From NCBI RefSeq assembly GCF_006345805.1, contig NW_021830213.1, forward strand, positions 1-5,004: a stretch of 5,004 nucleotides of DNA. Direction: 5' to 3'. A program made the position numbers and the translations under genes. Positions 1 to 5,004 of the stretch are shown here, in pieces. The stretch comes from Octopus sinensis. Taxonomy: Eukaryota. The stretch's first letter is position 1; the number at the start of each line of letters is the position of its first letter. The notes under the pieces are model-generated. The model did no database searches, had not been told where the DNA came from, and saw only the letters and a list, made by a program, of their open reading frames with translations.

Positions 1-73
1 ATATTCGTGGCTAAATTGGAATTGTCTACACTATATCCTGCGTAATGCATTTTTACATTCCTTCCTCTTTTAT

Positions 74-82
74 ACACACACA

Positions 83-141
<59 letters not shown>
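74..141. repeat. (CA)n microsatellite
   Basis: Near-perfect AC dinucleotide run with one CT interruption; it produces the HTHTHT ORF at 45-260. Confidence 0.97.
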
Positions 142-143
<2 letters not shown>

Positions 144-144
144 A

Positions 145-535
145 GACACAGGCCTGGCAGGATGATTCAGAATATTACTTCACAAGCTCATGTTCCTGGG
201 TTCAGTCCCATTGCACGGCACCTTGGGCAAAGTGTCTTGTACTATATAGCTCCGGGCTAACCAATGCCTTGAGTGTTATTGGAAGACGGAAACTATATAT
301 TTTTTTTAATTAATAAAAGTGGCAATTTTGTATACATATATACATCTGTGTTTGTCCCGCAACCACTGCATGACAGCCGGTGTTAATTGTTTACGTCTAT
401 GCAACCTAGCGCTTCGACAAATGAATCCGATAGAATATATAGCAGAGTTAAAAATAAGTCCTAGGGTCGAATTGGTTGCCAAAATCTTTTTATAGTGAAG
501 CTCCAGCATGGTCACAGTCCAATGACTGAATCGAA
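145..535 (+). mobile_element. Diverged tRNA-derived SINE, family 'B' (CORE-SINE-like; probably an octopus OR2-type element)
   Basis: Colinear with the copy at 3765-4147: head GACACAGGCCTGGC, Pol III B box GGGTTCAGTCCC (198-209), CORE-like CACCTTGGGCAAAGTGTCTT, then GACGGAAACT, an internal TA-rich tract, and tail CTCCAGCATGGTCACAGTCCAATGACTGAA (501-530). The family name comes from recall and is uncertain. Confidence 0.88.
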
Positions 536-769
536 GAGTGATGAAAAAAAATTATCTTCCAGTATTATTTTCTATTATGTTGTCTTCGTTCCACAAGGGT
601 TCATCAGTTGCCTTTTTTTCCCCCTTTACATATGATCACAAATGGTCAATTTCTCTGTCTCTCCATAAATTATGGACAAATATCTGAAGACGGATGTGTT
701 ACAACAGCCAAAATCTTGTGACTATAGCACCCGAGATGAGGACACAAGGTCGAAAATATCAATGTATAA

Positions 770-920
770 CATTGGTTTCAAATTTTTGGCTTAAGACCAG
801 CAAGCTCGCGGTAGGGGCCAATGCTTAACTGGGACTTATTTTATCAACCCTGAAAGGATGTAAGGCAAAGCCGGACTTGGTTGAATTTGAACTCAGAATG
901 TTAAAGACGAACGAAATGAC
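770..920 (-). mobile_element. Old, headless copy of SINE family 'A' with an alternative 3' tail
   Basis: AACTGGGACTTATTTTATCAACCCTGAAAGGATGTAAGGCAAAG...GAATTTGAACTCAGAATG...ACGAAAT aligns to 1191-1280. The left part (TTGGTTTCAAATTTTTGGCTTAAGACCAGCAA) differs from the tail of the young copies. Confidence 0.82.
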
Positions 921-1099
921 CTTTATTACCCACAAGGGGCTAAACATAGAGGAGACAAACAAGGACAGACAAACGGATTAAGTCGATTACATCGACCCCA
1001 GTGCGTAACTGGTACTTATTTAATCGACCCCGAAACGATGAAAGGCAATGACGACTTCGGTGGAATTTAAACTCAGAACGTAACGGCAGACGAAATACC
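921..1099 (-). mobile_element. Young SINE family 'A' unit lacking the A-box head (second unit of the tandem dimer)
   Basis: Ungapped match to 1105-1283 at an offset of 184 bp, 13 mismatches in 179 nt by manual count (~93%). Confidence 0.93.
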
Positions 1100-1330
1100 T
1101 ATTTCTTTACTACCCACAAGGGGCTAAACACAGAGAGTACAAACAAGCACAGACAAACGGATTAAGTCGATTATATCGACCCCAGTGCGTAACTGGTACT
1201 TATTTAATCGACCCCGAAAGGATGAAAGGCAAAATCGACTTCGGCGGAATTTGAACTCAGAACGTAACGGCAGACGAAATACCGCTAAGCATTTCGCCCG
1301 GCGTGCTAACGTTTCTGCTAGCTCGCCGCT
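1100..1330 (-). mobile_element. Full-length young tRNA-derived SINE, family 'A' (octopus OK/OR-type; exact family not assigned)
   Basis: The minus strand reads GCGGCGAGCTAGCAGAAACGTTAGCACGCC (A-box-like), GAGTTCAAATTCC (B box, 1246-1258), a central GCCTTTCATCCTTTCGGGGTCGATTAAATAAGTACCAG domain, and tail ...GCCCCTTGTGGGTAGTAAAGAAATA. Confidence 0.92.
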
Positions 1331-1424
1331 TTTAAACAACAGGATATTATATATATCGTATGTTCCAACACGGCATTCGCCTCTACTCGCCGCCTAGTAT
1401 AATAATGACAATCTAACAAATACA

Positions 1425-1465
1425 AACACACACACACACGTGTGTGTGTGTGTTGTTGTTGTTGT
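1425..1465. repeat. (AC)n-(GT)n palindromic microsatellite followed by (TTG)n
   Basis: AACACACACACACACGTGTGTGTGTGTGTT is a perfect 30-bp palindrome (1425-1454), followed by GTT repeats. Confidence 0.95.
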
Positions 1466-1679
1466 CGAATTTATAAAGTTTTACTCTGACTTTAAAGTAT
1501 ATGTATTTCTGTACTTTTTGATAATTCACTTTCCAATCTGTTTATTTATCTACAGCATATCAATCTATGTATTCGTTGCATATGTATACGAGAACGTGAA
1601 ACACACTCTTTGCTCTATACATAATTTTCCCGCCTTTTTCATTCCTCTCTATCGCTATCTTTATCAAACACTGTCTACT

Positions 1680-1840
1680 TCTGTCTTTCTCTCGCACTTC
1701 CCATCACTCTCTTTTCTCTCTTTTCCTCTCCTCTCTCCACTCCACACACACACACACACTCTCTCTCTCTCTCTCTCTCTTTCTCTTTCTCTCACACACA
1801 CTCACACACACTCCGTTCCTCTGCATTTGTCTGTCTCTGT
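1680..1840. repeat. Compound low-complexity CT-rich / (CA)n / (CT)n tract
   Basis: Pyrimidine-rich degenerate CT repeats, (CA)n at ~1743-1759, (CT)n at ~1759-1792, and further CA runs to ~1811. Confidence 0.93.
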
Positions 1841-2117
1841 ACACATACGAACAACAACCGCGAAACGGACGGTCGCTGCCCTTATATTCTCGAAAGGAAT
1901 TTTCTTCAAATTGAAAAACGTGTATGACAGTCCGATAACGTTATTAAGGACTAGGTTCGATGTGATTTTACACACGCAGCTTATAAGCAAAAGGAAAATG
2001 ATTTTGTTAAGAGACTATAAGCGCAGTGAACGTCTTTACACGAACGCGTTATATATAAATATATTACGTCTTTATTTTAATCGTCGTTCCTGAGTATGCG
2101 TATTAATTCCAGCTAGA

Positions 2118-2446
2118 CATGGAGTTATCTACCATTTTTCATCTTTGGACCCCTCTGATTACTATTTTATTCTGGTGGACTCCATAACTGTTTGATGTTT
2201 AAAAACTAGTTTCATAGAAACTTCTTTGAAAATTCTTATTTTGTCATTCACACATTAACTTGTGTAGATAGAACTATGTAAAATGTTAGAGAAAGAAACC
2301 TAGTAGATTTTCACAATACATACCAATGCTTACATCTAGGGCAAAACATTTCCATGGGCCCTCAAAATACTATTATGGATCACCAATTGACTAATTTGTT
2401 GCATGGACCCCCAATTTTCTTATATGGACCTGGTTGAGAACCCTCT
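2118..2446. mobile_element. Non-autonomous hAT (Charlie/Buster-like) DNA transposon / MITE, degraded
   Basis: Right end GGTTGAGAACCC (2432-2443) fits the CAGxGGTTCTCAACC TIR type. Left end CATGGAGTTATCTACC (2118-2133) is a degenerate inverted copy. CTAG lies in both flanks, and six subterminal (A)TGGACCCC-like motifs are present. No transposase ORF. Confidence 0.72.
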
Positions 2447-2491
2447 AGCCAACACACAGTGCGAAAATATATTTTGCTGTTAACATATAGG

Positions 2492-2501
2492 GTGTGCGTG
2501 C

Positions 2502-2532
<31 letters not shown>

Positions 2533-2556
2533 CGCGCGTGTGTGGGTGTGTGTGTG
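2492..2556. repeat. (TG)n(CG)7(TG)n compound microsatellite
   Basis: Uninterrupted purine-pyrimidine alternation over 2492-2544, with (CG)7 at 2525-2538. Confidence 0.96.
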
Positions 2557-2565
2557 AGCGTATGC

Positions 2566-2981
2566 CATACCATCTTAAAGCATGGGAACATTGGGCAGTT
2601 ACCTGAGAGGTGGGGGCTAACGTGTCTGAAGGCTCACTTTTGATTTATTTATGATGTGGCTTGCTCTCAATATATAAATACTATAGGGCCCAATGCATTG
2701 AGTTTTGACCGAGGAACTAACCAGTTCAGGGGCTCAATTCTGGACCCAGCGCAATGATTTGTCCCAAGGCTTCAAGGGGCCTAATAGTAATCTACGTAGG
2801 CAATGGTTTTCTGAAATTAATAAATAATATAGTACTTAATGCATTGATTTACCCAGGGGCCTCACAAGTTTAGGGATCCAAATCTAATATATATATATTT
2901 TGTAGCTTGCCATCAATAGATACTATAGGGCACAGCGTAATGATTTTCCCAGGGGCCTATAATGCTGTTAAGATGACCCTA
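2566..2981. mobile_element. Non-autonomous hAT (Tip100-like) MITE with internal tandem sub-repeats
   Basis: Inverted termini CATCTTAA-AGCAT (2571-2583) and ATGCTGTTAAGATG (2962-2975). The right end GTTAAGATGACCCT resembles the CAGGGCCGTCTTAAC TIR class. The internal motif GCA(A/T)TGATTT.CCCAGGGGCC recurs. Confidence 0.68.
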
Positions 2982-3464
2982 TGTATAGGTCTGTATATGT
3001 ATGTAAAGACAAGGACACTTTCGTTAATAAAATTTCATATTTTAAAATCCCAATTTGCCCTTTCCATAATCATATTTGTTTATATTTCGACTATTTCTAA
3101 AATTATTCCTATTCTTCGCTCTATAGATCGACCAATCGTGAACTTGTTTTTTTTCTTCCAGTTTATATATTTTATTTTTATTCCCATCTGTACATCGTTT
3201 CGCTACGATAGATGTAACTCTGGGAAAATTCTCTCCGTTCTGGGAAAAATGTTCACAGAGTTCAATGATCGCTACAAATTAATCCTGTCAACAGTTATGT
3301 GGAACTGAGAGAAGCTCATCAAATTTCATTCTCAATTTGTTCTATTTGAAGGTCACAAGGCTATTTCATAATGTTGTTGTTGGCTAAGTAAAAATAGATT
3401 CACGGTTAACAGATTGGATTACACTAATTTCATCGCTGCAAGCAACTATTTTATTTATTTAATG

Positions 3465-3560
3465 ATTTATCTTTTACCTTATCTTTGTTACAGTCATTGG
3501 CCTGCGACCATGCTGGCGCACTGCTTTTGAAGATTTTAGTCGAACAAATAAACACCATTA
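3465..3560 (-). mobile_element. 3' tail fragment of SINE family 'B' (or a relative sharing its tail), inverted
   Basis: 3491-3524 matches the reverse complement of 4091-4124 at 26/34 nt, and TTTTAGTCGAA also matches. Weak similarity may extend to ~3630. Confidence 0.8.
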
Positions 3561-3764
3561 CTTTTATTATACTTTATATAGCGTGAAACCACTAAAACGT
3601 CTCGGAAACCAACTGAGAAAATCAGTTGCGAATGTTTTTTGTACCGTGATTTTGTCTCCCTTTTCTGTCCGCTATCTTTTCGTTCAGTTTTCGTTTATTT
3701 TTCCCTTCTCTGTCTCTCTCCCTCTCTGTAAATCTCTCCAGGGACGATTTACGTTCATGTGTTA

Positions 3765-3916
3765 GGCGCAGGCGCGGTTGTGTGCTAAGAAGCTCGCTTC
3801 CCAACCACATGGTTCAGGGTTCAATCCCATTGCGTGGCACCTTGGACAAATGTCTTCTAATATCGCTTCAAAGCCTTGTGAGTGGATTTGGTAAACGGAA
3901 ACTGAAAGAAACCTGT

Positions 3917-3959
<43 letters not shown>

Positions 3960-4147
3960 GTGTCTGTATCTGTCTTTGTACCTTCACCGTCGTTTGACAA
4001 CAGAAGTTAGCGGTTCGGCAAAAATGACCAATAGAATAAATAGCAGGCTTACAAAGTATACGTCTAGGAGTCGATTTCTTCGACTAAAAGGCGGTGTTCC
4101 AGCATGGCCACAGTCAGATGACTGAAACAAGTAAAAGAATAAAAGAA
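3765..4147 (+). mobile_element. Full-length tRNA-derived SINE, family 'B' (CORE-SINE-like)
   Basis: Head GGCGCAGGCGCGGTTGTGTGCTAAGAAGC, B box GGGTTCAATCCC (3817-3828), CORE-like CACCTTGGACAAATGTCTT, internal (TA)n, and tail CCAGCATGGCCACAGTCAGATGACTGAAACAAG ending in TAAAAGAA repeats. Confidence 0.92.
3919..3955. repeat. (TA)n microsatellite inside the SINE
   Basis: Perfect TA run. Confidence 0.97.
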
Positions 4148-4168
4148 CATACATACACATACACACAT

Positions 4169-4233
<65 letters not shown>
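4148..4233. repeat. (CATA)n/(CA)n/(TA)n compound microsatellite
   Basis: Directly follows the SINE tail. Confidence 0.96.
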
Positions 4234-4571
4234 AAATGTTACTGTCTGGACTTTGGGTATATGTCTGTTAGTATGTCGATTAAATTGTTATTAAAAAACA
4301 CATGTCATCTTAAGCTCTTACCATAAGAAAACTAAGGAAAGTAGACAGAAATGCAGTTTCTTTTTGCAGTCCCAACCTTTCTATTTCAAATTTTCTTTCT
4401 TTTTGTTTTTTATATTATAACTTTCAGTCAAGAGGGAAGACAGTACGCATGACAGTACTCATCTCCTGTCGAGTCTGGTCTGGAAAGTTATCTTCAAATT
4501 GAAAATGTGGTCAGAATGCTTACAAGAGATACTAGAGTTAAACCGAGCGACGCAACAAGTCTACGTTCCCA

Positions 4572-4644
4572 CAGAACACAAAGAGCTGGGACGAATACAA
4601 GGCATTCAGTCCGACGTTATTACAGTTCCACTACTGCAGCTCCC
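4572..4644 (-). mobile_element. Highly diverged 5' part of SINE family 'A'
   Basis: CAGAACACAAAGAGCTGGGACGAATACAAGGCATTCAGTCCGACGTTATTACAGTTCC...GCAGCTC aligns with gaps to 1258-1324. It may extend left to ~4490. Confidence 0.5.
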
Positions 4645-4650
4645 TAAATT

Positions 4651-4745
4651 AGTACTTTTTTCTTTCTTTTGTGACCTCGTAAAGACGAATGGCAAAGTTC
4701 ACTTCGTCTTGATTTGGTCTCAGAATACAGATGCACTATGCATTA
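4651..4745 (-). mobile_element. Diverged central/B-box fragment of SINE family 'A'
   Basis: 4673-4726 aligns ungapped to 1210-1263 at 39/54 nt (manual count). Confidence 0.75.
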
Positions 4746-5004
4746 TCTTTCTCCACCACACTTCCGTTTTGTTGGTACGCACTCTACCAAGCTCAATATT
4801 ATAGATTTTATTCCCCTGTAATACCTCTGACTGTATCTCTGTGTTACAAATCATCATTAACTCTTTCCCAAGAAAATTAAATTTCATGGTTATTCCAGTA
4901 AAGATGTCTAGCATAAAGTAAGACTGGTATTTTTTGTAAGTCATGTGGCCTCAACAAACTTGACATATTTCAAAAGAAGAAAAATAGTTTTAAATATATC
5001 CCTC

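Noticed and set aside
921-1283. 184-bp tandem unit as a hammerhead retrozyme or CRISPR-like array
   Set aside because: I found no CUGANGA hammerhead core on either strand and no repeat-spacer structure. Pol III boxes identify it as a SINE. Other ribozyme classes would need an Infernal/Rfam scan to exclude.
1124-1397. Overlapping ORFs on both strands
   Set aside because: Both lie largely within a SINE and are chance open frames.
1440-2093. 217-aa ORF, the longest in the window
   Set aside because: It starts at a GTG inside a TG repeat, translates microsatellites (HTHT, LSLS) and T-rich DNA, and has no recognisable domain.
2907-3308. 133-aa hydrophobic ORF
   Set aside because: It begins inside a MITE at a TTG, and its F/I/L richness reflects T-rich DNA.
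3610-3641. CAACTGA-GAAAA-TCAGTTG hairpin followed by a T run, resembling an intrinsic terminator
   Set aside because: The context is eukaryotic, there is no upstream gene, and a 7-bp stem is expected by chance.
3765-3840. tRNA gene (also considered at 145-220 and 1240-1330)
   Set aside because: A/B boxes are present, but I could not build a proper cloverleaf and each continues into a SINE body.
4499-4804. 101-aa ORF of fairly normal composition
   Set aside because: It overlaps two SINE remnants, is called from a TTG, and matches no protein family I recognise.
4720-4857. Possible C/D-box snoRNA on - (ATGATGA ... CTGA)
   Set aside because: No terminal stem or evident guide sequence, and the D box lies inside a SINE remnant.

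Overview
AT-rich, non-coding eukaryotic DNA made mostly of interspersed and simple repeats. The repeat families look to me like octopus (coleoid cephalopod) SINEs; this is recognition from memory, not a database result. I can support no protein-coding exon: most listed ORFs are translations of microsatellites or SINE remnants and the rest resemble no protein I recognise. The window holds: (i) tRNA-derived SINE family 'B' (CORE-like; full copies at ~145-535 and 3765-4147 on +, a 3' fragment at ~3465-3560 on -); (ii) tRNA-derived SINE family 'A' on the - strand, arranged as a young 184-bp-period head-to-tail dimer apparently nested in an older copy with a different tail (770-1395), plus very old fragments at ~4570-4745; (iii) two adjacent non-autonomous hAT-like DNA transposons (MITEs) at ~2118-2446 and ~2566-2981; (iv) many (CA)n/(CT)n/(TA)n/(CG)n tracts; (v) a CpG-enriched unique segment at ~1845-2100. 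The most interesting signal is the SINE array, in which both junctions fall at the same position between the A and B boxes. I see no clear evidence for a novel gene system.
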